Below are positions 45,283 to 53,907 of a DNA stretch of 64,000 nt, one piece after another (positions within the stretch are counted from its first letter, which is position 1; every line of letters begins with the position of its first letter). The notes under the pieces are model-generated. The model saw only the letters and a list, made by a program, of their open reading frames with translations, had not been told where the DNA came from and made no database searches. This DNA comes from a virus (Duplodnaviria > Caudoviricetes). Location: the IMG/VR virus record IMGVR_UViG_3300036821_000136, positions 44,247 through 108,246 of that record; one strand, 5' to 3'. A program made the translations under genes and the position numbers.

Positions 45283-45611
45283 CGGTTGCTGGAGTCCTCG
45301 ATGACGTCGAACAGGATCTGCTGCACCACGTCGTCGGGGGTGTTGTGCGCCCGCCGGTGGGCGGTGAGCTGCCGGTAGGTCGCGTCGCCGAGGATGGTGC
45401 GCAGGAAGTCGGACAAGATCCGCAGCACGCTGGGATCGGTCGTCTCCGACGCGGTGCCGGCGTCGGCGATCGGCCCGGCGAACTCGGCCAGGTCGAACGC
45501 GGAGATCCGGCCGTGGCAGGTGAACGTCACCCCGTCCAGCTCGAACTCGATGCCGTCGGTGGACTGCGCGTCGTCCGGCGACGCGGAGGAATATTGGCGC
45601 TTGGGGGGCAT
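44949..45611 (-). CDS. tail assembly chaperone (gpG-like)
   Basis: GAAAGGA RBS; FELDG.TF...NRPT; lies between the major tail and tape measure genes. Confidence 0.75.
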   Translation of the reverse strand: MPPKRQYSSASPDDAQSTDGIEFELDGVTFTCHGRISAFDLAEFAGPIADAGTASETTDPSVLRILSDFLRTILGDATYRQLTAHRRAHNTPDDVVQQILFDVIEDSSNRPTTAPSPSPAGPPAPGTAPAGSPSPALAAAPAPVPDPAPAPDQADQDQAAVPDWPPAEDLALLAQLGDVSFAAPPPPGTEPPPDPRPRNVTLSFAHPERPPVIEDADPAG

Positions 45612-45639
45612 GGGCGCGGTTCCTTTCCCCAGGTGTGGA

Positions 45640-45870
45640 TAACGGTGTGGACGTGCGCTCGGGGCGCTCCGGCCAGGTGCGCGGCGGCACCAGCTGCCAC
45701 CGCCAGATCCGCCGCGGCGGCCGGTAGTCCGGGCACAGGCAGTGCGAGCAGTCGGTCCGGTCCCGGTAGTGCTGGTGCGCGGCGTGAAGGTGCCCGCACC
45801 GGCAGTCCGGCCTGCTCTTCCCGGCCGCCGACGGCAGTCCCGCCGCCGACACCGTCCGCCTGGCCGTCAC
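45640..45870 (-). CDS. small Cys/His zinc-binding protein, apparent end at TTA 45640-45642
   Basis: GTGA overlap; CRCGH..AH.HYR..DCSHCLC; no canonical stop until 44248. Confidence 0.55.
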
Positions 45871-46052
45871 CGGTAGCCGTCGCGCAGCCGGGGCGGCAGC
45901 GCCGCCGCCGCGCGGGCCTGGACCCGGGCGAACAGCTCCAGCGGCCACCACCACGGCGGGAACTCGCGGGTCGGGATCGGCGCCCGCCCGTCGGCGGCGG
46001 GCACCCGGTGCCCGGTCAGCATCGACCGCGGCGGCGGCTGCCAGGCCGTCAT
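45867..46052 (-). CDS. small hypothetical protein
   Basis: TGATG overlap with the major tail gene. Confidence 0.5.
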   Translation of the reverse strand: MTAWQPPPRSMLTGHRVPAADGRAPIPTREFPPWWWPLELFARVQARAAAALPPRLRDGYR

Positions 46053-46609
46053 CAGGACCGCTGCGGGGTCGCCAGCATGGCCTTGAACAGCCGCGCGCCG
46101 GTGGCCGGCTTCTCCAGGCTGAACGTCGTCGCGATCGTCGCGTTGGCGTTGCCCTTCTGCCGGACGATCTTCATCGTGCCGGACTGGAAGCACTGCCGCC
46201 ACAGCCACCGCTCGGTGTGGTCCTCGGACTCGAACCCGATCATGGTGCGGACCTCGGTGCCCAGGTCGGGCGGCTCGATCGTGACGGTGCCGGTGCCGGT
46301 GGTGATCACCCCGCCGTTCATCGCCAGTTTCAGGTTCGTGGCGGTCAGCTGGGACAGGTTGAAGATCACCGACGACGTGCGGCCGGTGGTGGCGATCTGC
46401 ACCGGGTCGAGCTCCTCGGCGACCGTCACGTCGCCGGTCGCCAGCGCGTAGTCGAACTCGCTGCCGGTCTCGGTGTAGCCCAGCGCCAGCCAGGCCGCCG
46501 AGACGGTCAGCCAGGGCGTTGTCAGGTCGGCGAACTCGGGGGTGCCGATCGGGGCCGCGTACAGGTAGCCGGGGCCCAGCGCTAGTGCCTGGGGGTTGCC
46601 GCGTGCCAT
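46052..46609 (-). CDS. major tail protein
   Basis: LGPG.LY.AP.GT.E...W..LGYTE.G; GAGGAG RBS. Confidence 0.85.
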   Translation of the reverse strand: MARGNPQALALGPGYLYAAPIGTPEFADLTTPWLTVSAAWLALGYTETGSEFDYALATGDVTVAEELDPVQIATTGRTSSVIFNLSQLTATNLKLAMNGGVITTGTGTVTIEPPDLGTEVRTMIGFESEDHTERWLWRQCFQSGTMKIVRQKGNANATIATTFSLEKPATGARLFKAMLATPQRS

Positions 46610-46696
46610 AGCTCACTCCTCACGTGCGCGCCGGGCCGGCGCGGCGGTGTTCATTTGCGGGGGGTGAGGCCGGCGCGGTGGCCCCAGAAGGTGGTG

Positions 46697-47101
46697 TCAG
46701 GTGCCGCCGCCGGCTCCTTCGCCGGTGCCGGTGGCTCCCTCGCCGGTGCCGACGCCGCCGCCGGCGCCGGGGGTCGCGGCGGGGCCGGACGGCGGTGCAG
46801 CCGGGGCGGGCCCGCCGGGCGCGTCCTGATCGGGCTGATCGGGGGCGGGCGGCTCAGGCGGGGACAGCTGGCCGGCGAACTGGTCAGGCACGCGGACCTT
46901 GCCCTGCCAGCCGTTCGGCTCGACCACGTCCGGCACCACCCGGTCCCCGGCCCGGTAGGCGAGCTGCGGCACGGCGCCGGACTCCGGGTTCCACACGTAC
47001 AGGTCGTCGGTCGCCTCGTAGTAGGGCGGCTCGATGGAATCCGGCGGCGGCGGCGGCGGCTCGGTGGCGGCCGCGGTGGCGGGCCGGCTGCGTGGCGGCA
47101 T
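46697..47101 (-). CDS. hypothetical protein
   Basis: GAGGAGG RBS; YYEATDDL...AYRAGDRV. Confidence 0.7.
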   Translation of the reverse strand: MPPRSRPATAAATEPPPPPPDSIEPPYYEATDDLYVWNPESGAVPQLAYRAGDRVVPDVVEPNGWQGKVRVPDQFAGQLSPPEPPAPDQPDQDAPGGPAPAAPPSGPAATPGAGGGVGTGEGATGTGEGAGGGT

Positions 47102-47111
47102 CGGGTCCTCC

Positions 47112-47468
47112 TCAGTTCTGCGCGATGGAAAGCGCCTTGACCGTGACCGACGCGGTCGCGCTGTAGGACAGGTTGACCAGCCCGTTCTGGTCGCCGAACG
47201 GGGAGGCCGGGAACGGCCCGTAGATCATGTCGCCGGTGGTCGCGGCGACCGGCGGGGTCAGCGCGATCGGCGCGATGGTGGTGCCGAGCGGGCCGCTGCC
47301 GGCGGCGGGGGTGACCGTGACGGTGACCGCGGCGCCGCTGGCGTTCTTGACGTGCAGGTAGGTGGCGACCGACGCGGGCAGCGTGTCGCCGTTGGTCGCG
47401 GGCACCATGCCGGCGCTGATGTCGGTGCCGGCCAGCCGGGCGACTGGCGTCGGGGTCAGGGCGGTCAT
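47112..47468 (-). CDS. putative virion structural protein
   Basis: GAGGGAG RBS; NGD...LHVKN.SG..TVT...GPFP. Confidence 0.75.
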   Translation of the reverse strand: MTALTPTPVARLAGTDISAGMVPATNGDTLPASVATYLHVKNASGAAVTVTVTPAAGSGPLGTTIAPIALTPPVAATTGDMIYGPFPASPFGDQNGLVNLSYSATASVTVKALSIAQN

Positions 47469-47730
47469 GGCGCTCCCTCGTGGTTGAATAGCCCCCGGGT
47501 AGCCGGCCACCGGGCCGGCGGTCTGGTGCGTCCGCCAGTGCCGGGGCCTGTCGGCGGCGGGCGGATAACGAGTGACGGGCAGCCCGGGCCAGCAGGCGGG
47601 GCGCCGGGCCGCCCGCCGAAGTGCCCGGCGCGCCGAAGTGCGGCCGCACTTGGCGTTGCCTAGCTGGGGTCGGCCGCCAGGCCGGGGAAGGTGACGGGCG
47701 CGGAGGCTAGATCGGGCGCCGGCTGCCCCC

Positions 47731-48408
47731 CTACGACCGGGCCGGCCTCGGCTTAGCGGGCGGGATGCCGAGGACGTCCAGGGCGGTGATCCAGTCCGCG
47801 GCGATCGCCTGCTGCGCGGATTCGAGGCGGTCCTGCGCGTCGGCCGGGGTCCGGCACCCGGCGGACAGCTCGCCCTCGGCCACCGCTTTGACGCACCCGC
47901 ACACCCAGGCGTGCAGGGCATTCTCGGCCTGGTCCTTGGGGTTCGGCGTCGGCGGCGGCTCGGGCCACAGGTTCGTCGCGTCGTTGGACCCGCCGAGCTG
48001 CAGGGACACCAGGTGGTCCAGCTCGGTCTTGGTGTCCGGCGCGAGGCCGTAGGCGGGATATGCCTGCTGGTACTTGAACCGGGTCGTCTCCGACGACGAC
48101 GGCCGGTAGGTGCGGGTGGTGTATCCCTTGGCGCACAGCACGGCGGCGGTGACGGCCGGGTCGATGGAGCCGGGGGTGCAGGCCGGGTCGGGCAGCTCGC
48201 CGCCGGCGCTGGCGTGGCACCAGTGCCCCCTGGCGGGTTCGCCGAGGGTGCCGGTGACGTCGCCGGGGTTGTGCACGCGGGTCAGCGGCGGGGCCGCCGC
48301 GGCCGGGGACACCAGCGATTCCGACGGTGCCGGCGCGGAGCCGGCGGTGCTGGTGCAGCCGGCCGCGGCGGCGGCGGCCAGGGCGGCGATCGCCAGGCGT
48401 GCCCTCAT
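47731..48408 (-). CDS. lipoprotein with HNH-like fold
   Basis: Lipobox AAGC; TPG...ELDHLVSLQLGGS...NLWPE...KD..EN.LH..VC. Confidence 0.7.
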   Translation of the reverse strand: MRARLAIAALAAAAAAGCTSTAGSAPAPSESLVSPAAAAPPLTRVHNPGDVTGTLGEPARGHWCHASAGGELPDPACTPGSIDPAVTAAVLCAKGYTTRTYRPSSSETTRFKYQQAYPAYGLAPDTKTELDHLVSLQLGGSNDATNLWPEPPPTPNPKDQAENALHAWVCGCVKAVAEGELSAGCRTPADAQDRLESAQQAIAADWITALDVLGIPPAKPRPARS

Positions 48409-48417
48409 GGTCCCCCG

Positions 48418-48864
48418 TTACCACACCTGGCTGAGCAGCAGGAAGTCGGCGCTGGTCGAAAAGCAGTGCTGCTCGCCGCCGGTCGCCGGCATCGGCACGT
48501 AGGACGGGTCGGAGAAGTTGCCGGCGACCAGCACCGTGACGCCGGTGCCGCCGCACGGCTCCGGGCTGCCGCCCAGGGTCTGCCAGGCGTTGGCCAGCGC
48601 GGTCGCGCCCGCCTCGGCCGCCTCGATCGTCCCGGCGTACACGTGGGCGGTGATCCGCGCCGTCGACGGGTCGATCGCCTCGGCGACGACCCCGACCGAC
48701 GACTGGCCGGGCTCGCGGATCAGCAGCGCGTACGCGCCGGCCGCCGGGGACCGCGGCTGGCGGCCGTTGAGGTAGGCGCCGAGCGCCAGCGGCCCCCCGG
48801 CGGCGGTCAGGTCGGCCCGGGCGTTGATCCACGCGCGGATCGCGGTCTCGGCGGCGACAGCCAC
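48418..48864 (-). CDS. tail terminator-like protein
   Basis: Position and size; GGGAGGG RBS. Confidence 0.65.
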   Translation of the reverse strand: MAVAAETAIRAWINARADLTAAGGPLALGAYLNGRQPRSPAAGAYALLIREPGQSSVGVVAEAIDPSTARITAHVYAGTIEAAEAGATALANAWQTLGGSPEPCGGTGVTVLVAGNFSDPSYVPMPATGGEQHCFSTSADFLLLSQVW

Positions 48865-48876
48865 GGCCCCTCCCGG

Positions 48877-49332
48877 TCAGCGGATGACGATGCGGCGGCC
48901 GTTCAGCGCCTCCGCGGCCGGCGCGATGAACGGGTGCGCCGCGGTGCCCGGATGGTCGACGTGCGGGCCGAAATACTGGCCGGTGACCGCGTTGCGCAGC
49001 GACCACGGGCCGAGCGCGTCAATGCTGTGCGGGCCGGTGCCCAGCTCGATCATCGGGCCGAGGAACTCCCCCGAGGCGGTGCGGTCGGTCGGGCCGACGA
49101 TGTAGCCGCCGTCCGGCAGCCGCAGCCGGCGGATCGAGGACCGCAGGGTGCCGGACCTGCGGGCTGGCCAGCGGCGGGTCGCGGGCCGGTCGGCCGGCGC
49201 GACCGGGCAGCGGCGCTTCATCTCGTTGACCAGCTGCCCGGCCAGCAGCTCCATGCCCTGCGCGACCGCGCCGCCCGCGCTCGTCGCCGACAGCCTGATC
49301 GCGGCGTCGTCCCAGACGATCTCGATGCTCAC
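48877..49332 (-). CDS. HK97 gp10-like neck protein
   Basis: KRRCPV...SGTLRSSI...IELGTGPH...V.HPGT...PF. Confidence 0.8.
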   Translation of the reverse strand: MSIEIVWDDAAIRLSATSAGGAVAQGMELLAGQLVNEMKRRCPVAPADRPATRRWPARRSGTLRSSIRRLRLPDGGYIVGPTDRTASGEFLGPMIELGTGPHSIDALGPWSLRNAVTGQYFGPHVDHPGTAAHPFIAPAAEALNGRRIVIR

Positions 49333-49380
49333 GGTGGGTCTCCTGTCTCGGTGACGGCCGCGCGGCAGGCGGCGGCCGGG

Positions 49381-49399
49381 CGTAGCCCGCCGGGCTACA
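49381..49399. repeat. 19-bp palindrome copy
   Basis: CGTAGCCCGCCGGGCTACA; supplies the TAG of 49395-49565. Confidence 0.75.
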
Positions 49400-49565
49400 C
49401 CCGCGGCGACCGGTAGTAGCCGCCCCGGTGCCAGCCCCACGCCACCTCCACCGCCACCGCTATCAGCCCGATGATCAGCAGCCATATCTGGGCGCTGGCG
49501 TGCGTGTTCGTCAGCCTGAAAACGGCAGCGACCACTCCGCAGATGAACGCGACGACAGCGAACAT
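49395..49565 (-). CDS. small two-TM membrane protein
   Basis: GGAGGAGG RBS; 56 aa. Confidence 0.7.
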   Translation of the reverse strand: MFAVVAFICGVVAAVFRLTNTHASAQIWLLIIGLIAVAVEVAWGWHRGGYYRSPRV

Positions 49566-49589
49566 GCCAACCTCCTCCGGGCCGGGTTC

Positions 49590-50009
49590 CTATCTCGGGC
49601 GCCGGGCCTTGACGTGGACGACGCGCAGCACCGGGCGGCGGGCCTTGACGCGGGCGACGGCGGGATGCCGGGGACGGCGGGCCTTGACGCGGACCGGGGG
49701 CAGGTGCAGCGGCCGGGCCTTCGGCGGCCGGGCGGTGCCGCGGGCCAGCGCCGCGGCGTGGTGCGCGGCGATCGCGGCCCGGACCTGCGCCCCCGTGGCG
49801 TGGGCGCGGCGGGGCCGGGCGGCGCGGCGGGCCGGGCGGCGGGCGCGGTGCCGGGCAGCGCGATGGTGCGCGGGTACCCGGCGGCGGTGCCTGACACGGT
49901 GGTGCTGCACCCGGGCGCGCCGGTGCTGCACCCGGGCCCGGTGGGCGGGACGGCGGCGGCGGCGGGCGGCGCGGCGGCGGCGGTGGCGGGGTTTGGCGGC
50001 CCAGGTCAC
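49590..50009 (-). CDS. protamine-like Arg/His-rich protein
   Basis: GTGA overlap; about 45 of 139 residues Arg; no Asp/Glu; VKARRP three times. Confidence 0.6.
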   Translation of the reverse strand: MTWAAKPRHRRRRAARRRRRPAHRARVQHRRARVQHHRVRHRRRVPAHHRAARHRARRPARRAARPRRAHATGAQVRAAIAAHHAAALARGTARPPKARPLHLPPVRVKARRPRHPAVARVKARRPVLRVVHVKARRPR

Positions 50010-50503
50010 AGCGGGCCCTGGTCGATCCCGCCGAAGTAGATCGCCAGCGGCAGCGTGTAGTCGCCGGGGTCCTTGTCGGCGTAGACCGGCGGGTTCGGCG
50101 CCGACCAGAACGGCACCTGCTCGACGAACCCCTCGCCCAGTGCCTCCAGCAGGTGCACCAGCTGGGCCATCGAGTCCTTGGCCCGCTGGTCCAGCTCGGC
50201 GTAGACGGCGACGTCGGCGTCGCGGTTGGGGTAGGCGAGCTCGATGTCGGCGGCCGCGCGCCACTCCGCTGCGGCGCGGGCGGCGGTCAGCAGCCCCGCC
50301 TCGGTCTCATCCAGCGGCCCGGTCTCCGACAAGATGAACTGCACCGCGCCGTCGATGACCGCCTGGGCGGCGGCGTTGTCCGGGGTGGTGCTGGCGGTGA
50401 ACGTGCCGAGCAGCGCGTCGGAGCCGGGGGTCTTGGTGTCGCGGGTGCGGGTCGGGATGTGCCGGGCCACGTCGTCCAGCGCCGGCGCCCACGCCTCGGC
50501 CAT
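50006..50503 (-). CDS. head-to-tail adaptor
   Basis: WAP..DDVA..IPTRT...GTFT..T.P; AAGGAGG RBS. Confidence 0.75.
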   Translation of the reverse strand: MAEAWAPALDDVARHIPTRTRDTKTPGSDALLGTFTASTTPDNAAAQAVIDGAVQFILSETGPLDETEAGLLTAARAAAEWRAAADIELAYPNRDADVAVYAELDQRAKDSMAQLVHLLEALGEGFVEQVPFWSAPNPPVYADKDPGDYTLPLAIYFGGIDQGPL

Positions 50504-50516
50504 TGCCAGGACCTCC

Positions 50517-50837
50517 TTAGTAGTTCGCCACGACGGGGACGTCCCCGCCCGGGCCCTGCACGACCGGCTTGCCCGCCGCCGGGTGGCCCGCCTTCTTCTC
50601 GGCCTCGCGGGCGGACGCGGCGCCGCCGAGGGCGAGCGCCGCGGCGGTGAAGTCGGCGGCGCTGCCCGCCGCCATCACCGGCCGCAGCGCGCCGCAGGCC
50701 CGCAGCGTCGCGCGGACCGCCTGGTCGGCGGCGGTGGTCGCGGCGGGCAGCACGTCGAACGTGCCGTAGGCCGCCGGGGTGCCGTTGGTGGTGACCGTCA
50801 GCGGCATCATCGCCTGGTCGGCCAGCGTCGCCGTCAT
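50517..50837 (-). CDS. hypothetical protein
   Basis: Position in the operon; high GC3. Confidence 0.65.
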   Translation of the reverse strand: MTATLADQAMMPLTVTTNGTPAAYGTFDVLPAATTAADQAVRATLRACGALRPVMAAGSAADFTAAALALGGAASAREAEKKAGHPAAGKPVVQGPGGDVPVVANY

Positions 50838-50843
50838 CGCGGG

Positions 50844-51536
50844 CTACCGGCCGAACTGGGCGGCAAGCTGGTCGCGGCTCATCGACTCGGCGACGCCCCG
50901 GTCCGCCTGGCCGCTGGCCACGGCGTACTCCACCCAGGCGGTCTTGGACGCGTTCGGCGCCGGCCGCCGCGGCGCCACGCCGCCCGGGGCCATCACCGCC
51001 GGCCCGGGCTCGCCCTCGCCGTCGGCCTGCTCGCCGGCCTCGTCGCCGGCCTGGCCGCCGGCCGGCTCGCCGTGCTCGTCGCCGTGCTCGCCGCCGGGCG
51101 GGGTCACCACCGGCTGCGCGACGGGGGTGCCGGCCAGCTCCGCGGCGGCCGCGCCGGGCTCGTTGGCGTACGGCGGCGCGGCGGTGTCATCGTCGCGGAC
51201 GCCTTCACGCCCGCCCGGCGGCCCGATGACGACCGGGCTGCCGTGCGTGGAGGTCAGCGTCGGCGGGTGCTCGCCGGCCTGCGGGTCCGGCTCGTACGCG
51301 GCCGACGCGGTGGCGGCCAGCTCGGCCCGGGCGGTCGCCTGGCTGGCCAGTTCCTCGGGGGTGTAGACGACCTCGACGGTGCGCAGCGCGCCGCCCAGCC
51401 GCAGCAGCGACCGGGCCGCCGCCTCCTCGTCGCTGGCCGGGTCGGGCAGCAGCTCGCCCCGCTTGTAGTTGACGCTGCCCTTCTCGGGGTGCGGGACGTT
51501 CACGCTCGCCCACACGGCCTGATCCTGGATCGGCAT
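50844..51536 (-). CDS. capsid-associated hypothetical protein
   Basis: AGGAGG RBS; C-terminal RPAPNASKTAWVEYAV. Confidence 0.75.
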   Translation of the reverse strand: MPIQDQAVWASVNVPHPEKGSVNYKRGELLPDPASDEEAAARSLLRLGGALRTVEVVYTPEELASQATARAELAATASAAYEPDPQAGEHPPTLTSTHGSPVVIGPPGGREGVRDDDTAAPPYANEPGAAAAELAGTPVAQPVVTPPGGEHGDEHGEPAGGQAGDEAGEQADGEGEPGPAVMAPGGVAPRRPAPNASKTAWVEYAVASGQADRGVAESMSRDQLAAQFGR

Positions 51537-51591
51537 GGGGATCCTCCTGGTAGTGGTCTGCCGCGGCCTTGCCTGGCCGGCGGTGTGCGGG

Positions 51592-52551
51592 CTACTGGCC
51601 GGTCGTGCCGCTGATCGCGGCGATCGCGTTGGGCTCCTGGATGATCGGGACGACCGGGCGGCGGCCGCGGATGAGCCACTGGTCGTTCGCCGACGGGTCG
51701 CGGCGGGTCCAGCTCTCGACGCCGTTGGCGGGGTCGCCCGCGTACTCGGGGGACTCCAGCCGCTCGAACGCCAGCCCGCCGAGCAGGGTGGAGTCGAGCA
51801 CGAACGCGAAGAACGTGGACAGGGTCGGGATGTTGTTGGTGGCGAAGATCCGCAGGCCGCCGATCTCCTCCACGTCGCCGGTCGCGGTGACGGTGGCGTT
51901 GCCCACCCCGCCGCCGGCCTCGCGGGCCAGCCCGGCGATGATGTTCCGGTCGGCGATAATGCGCGCCTTGCCCAGGTCGGTCGTCACGATCGTGTCGGCC
52001 TGGTAGCCCTGGTCGTAGGACTCGACCTTCGCCTTGGCGGTCATCAGGTCCAGCAGGATGTTGCTGGTGGCGGGGGTATTCCACGCGCCGACCTGGGTGA
52101 TCTGGTTGCCGACCGGCACCGCGGCGCCGAGCAGCGTCATCGCGGTCGTGTCGACCTGCCGGACCAGGTAGTTCGTGATCTTCAGCAGCGCCACGTCGAC
52201 GGCGCGGCGGCCGTACCGGTGGATGTGCTCGTCGGTCACCGGGACGTCCTGGCCCCATTTGGTGACCGCTGCCAGCGCGGCCGGGCCGGGCGCGGCGGGC
52301 GACCGCGGGTACTCGGCGCCCGCGTTAACCGCCTCGGGCGGCTTGGCGGTGTAGATCGACTCGGTCTGCTCGTACAGCAGCGCGCCGCCGCTGGTTTCGT
52401 ACCGGCCCTGCAGGATGGAGTCGGCGATGAACCGGGCCTCGGCGATGGTGCGGAGGCGCCGCTGGACCAGGGCAGGGGAGTTGAGAAACCTGCTGATGGT
52501 CAGGATGTCGCCGGTCAGGGTCGGCGGTGCCGGAGGGTAGATGTGCGGCAT
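51592..52551 (-). CDS. major capsid protein
   Basis: YPPAPPT..GD.LTIS.FL..P..., V..GAEYP, KWG; follows the decoration genes. Confidence 0.85.
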   Translation of the reverse strand: MPHIYPPAPPTLTGDILTISRFLNSPALVQRRLRTIAEARFIADSILQGRYETSGGALLYEQTESIYTAKPPEAVNAGAEYPRSPAAPGPAALAAVTKWGQDVPVTDEHIHRYGRRAVDVALLKITNYLVRQVDTTAMTLLGAAVPVGNQITQVGAWNTPATSNILLDLMTAKAKVESYDQGYQADTIVTTDLGKARIIADRNIIAGLAREAGGGVGNATVTATGDVEEIGGLRIFATNNIPTLSTFFAFVLDSTLLGGLAFERLESPEYAGDPANGVESWTRRDPSANDQWLIRGRRPVVPIIQEPNAIAAISGTTGQ

Positions 52552-52650
52552 GGCCCGTCAGTCCTTTCACTGGGGTGCGTGCCGACCCCCGGCGCGGTGG
52601 GGGGCTGCTACGGGTCCCGCGGCCGCGGCGCGGCCCCGGTGCTTGGTGGG

Positions 52651-53067
52651 TCAGGTTTGCATCCACCGGACGGGGATGCCGTCCGGGGCGGAGGTCAACG
52701 CGAGCCCGATGATCACGCGGGCCTGGTCGACGTCGGTCTTGCCGGGGACCGTCGCGGTGGCGGGCACGGTCCGGACCTGGCAGCCGGCTTTCGCCGACGC
52801 CATGAGCTGATCGCCGGCGGTGATCGCCCCGTCGGCGTTGCCCTGGTGCACGACCCGGTCGATGACCACGGTCAGCTGCAGGCCGGGCGCGGTGTCCATC
52901 AGCGCGACGCCGACGTAGCGGGCGGAGCCGAGCCCGGACGGCCCGGCGGTGCACTTCTGGACCGTGCCCGACCCGGCGACCTCGACCGGATCGCCGCCGG
53001 TGATCGCCCCGGCCGCCACCGACGTCATGGTCAGGCCCGGCAGGAACACCGGCGAGTAGTCGGGCAC
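52651..53067 (-). CDS. capsid decoration/cement protein paralog 3 (DUF2190-like)
   Basis: PDY...AGAITGG..V.V.G.G.V...GVA..D...IG.ALT. Confidence 0.75.
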   Translation of the reverse strand: MPDYSPVFLPGLTMTSVAAGAITGGDPVEVAGSGTVQKCTAGPSGLGSARYVGVALMDTAPGLQLTVVIDRVVHQGNADGAITAGDQLMASAKAGCQVRTVPATATVPGKTDVDQARVIIGLALTSAPDGIPVRWMQT

Positions 53068-53076
53068 CGGGCGGCC

Positions 53077-53541
53077 TTACAGCTGCATCCAGCGGACGGT
53101 CGCCCCGTCGGCGGCGCCGGTCAGCGCCAGCCCGATCCGGCGGGCGCCGCCGGCGTTGACCGCCGCGACGACCGCGTTCACCGCGGTGTTGATCGTGGTC
53201 TGGGTCGGGGCGGCGCCGACGTCCTGGTTGCCGAGGACCCCGGCGGCGGCGATGGTGCGGACGGCGCGGCCCGCCACGGCGGAGGCGCCGAGCAGGTCAC
53301 CGGCGGCGATGGGCCCGTCGGCGGGCCCGTCGTGCACCGCGTGGGCGGCGATCACGCTGATCCGCTGCCCGGCGGCCGAGTCGTGCGCGGCCATCCCGAC
53401 GAACTTGGGGCTGTTGCCCGTCGCGCACTTCTGGACCTGCCCGGCGGCGGCCACCTCGAGCGGGTCGCCGCCGGTGATCGGCCCGGCGGCCAGCGAGGGG
53501 AACAGCCCGCCGGGCAGGTAGGTCGCGGTGTAGTCGGGCAC
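53077..53541 (-). CDS. capsid decoration/cement protein paralog 2
   Basis: Same pattern as paralog 3. Confidence 0.75.
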   Translation of the reverse strand: MPDYTATYLPGGLFPSLAAGPITGGDPLEVAAAGQVQKCATGNSPKFVGMAAHDSAAGQRISVIAAHAVHDGPADGPIAAGDLLGASAVAGRAVRTIAAAGVLGNQDVGAAPTQTTINTAVNAVVAAVNAGGARRIGLALTGAADGATVRWMQL

Positions 53542-53544
53542 CGG

Positions 53545-53907
53545 TCACACCTCGGTCTTGATCCGGCAGACGTTATTCGCCGCCGCCTTGAGCGCGATGC
53601 CCATGCGGACCCCGGTGGCGACGGCCGTGACCACGCCGGCGGCGCCGGCCTGGACCGGGGCGCCGGCCACGATCGCGCCGCTGGCGGTCGCGTCGTAGAC
53701 GCAGCCGCTGCCCATCAGCACGGTCAGCGCGGCGCCCTGCGCGGCGTCATGCCCGGCGAACCCGATGAAGTTGGCCGCGTTGGCGGCGGTGGGCTGCACC
53801 GTCATGTCGCCGCCGGCCAGGCCGACCGCCTGCCCGCCGGTGATCACCGCCCCGGCGGTGAAGGTGACGTTCTGCGGCCGCCCGTAGGTGCTGGCAAAGT
53901 CAGGCAC
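53545..53907 (-). CDS. capsid decoration/cement protein paralog 1 (alternative start 53916)
   Basis: PDF...AGAVITGG...G.AGHDA...G.AL. Confidence 0.75.
   Translation of the reverse strand: MPDFASTYGRPQNVTFTAGAVITGGQAVGLAGGDMTVQPTAANAANFIGFAGHDAAQGAALTVLMGSGCVYDATASGAIVAGAPVQAGAAGVVTAVATGVRMGIALKAAANNVCRIKTEV

Noticed and set aside
45634-45642. Perfect DnaA box TTATCCACA as a replication origin
   Set aside because: Single perfect box with one weak neighbour inside the tail operon and no AT-rich unwinding region; it remains an alternative explanation for that one TTA
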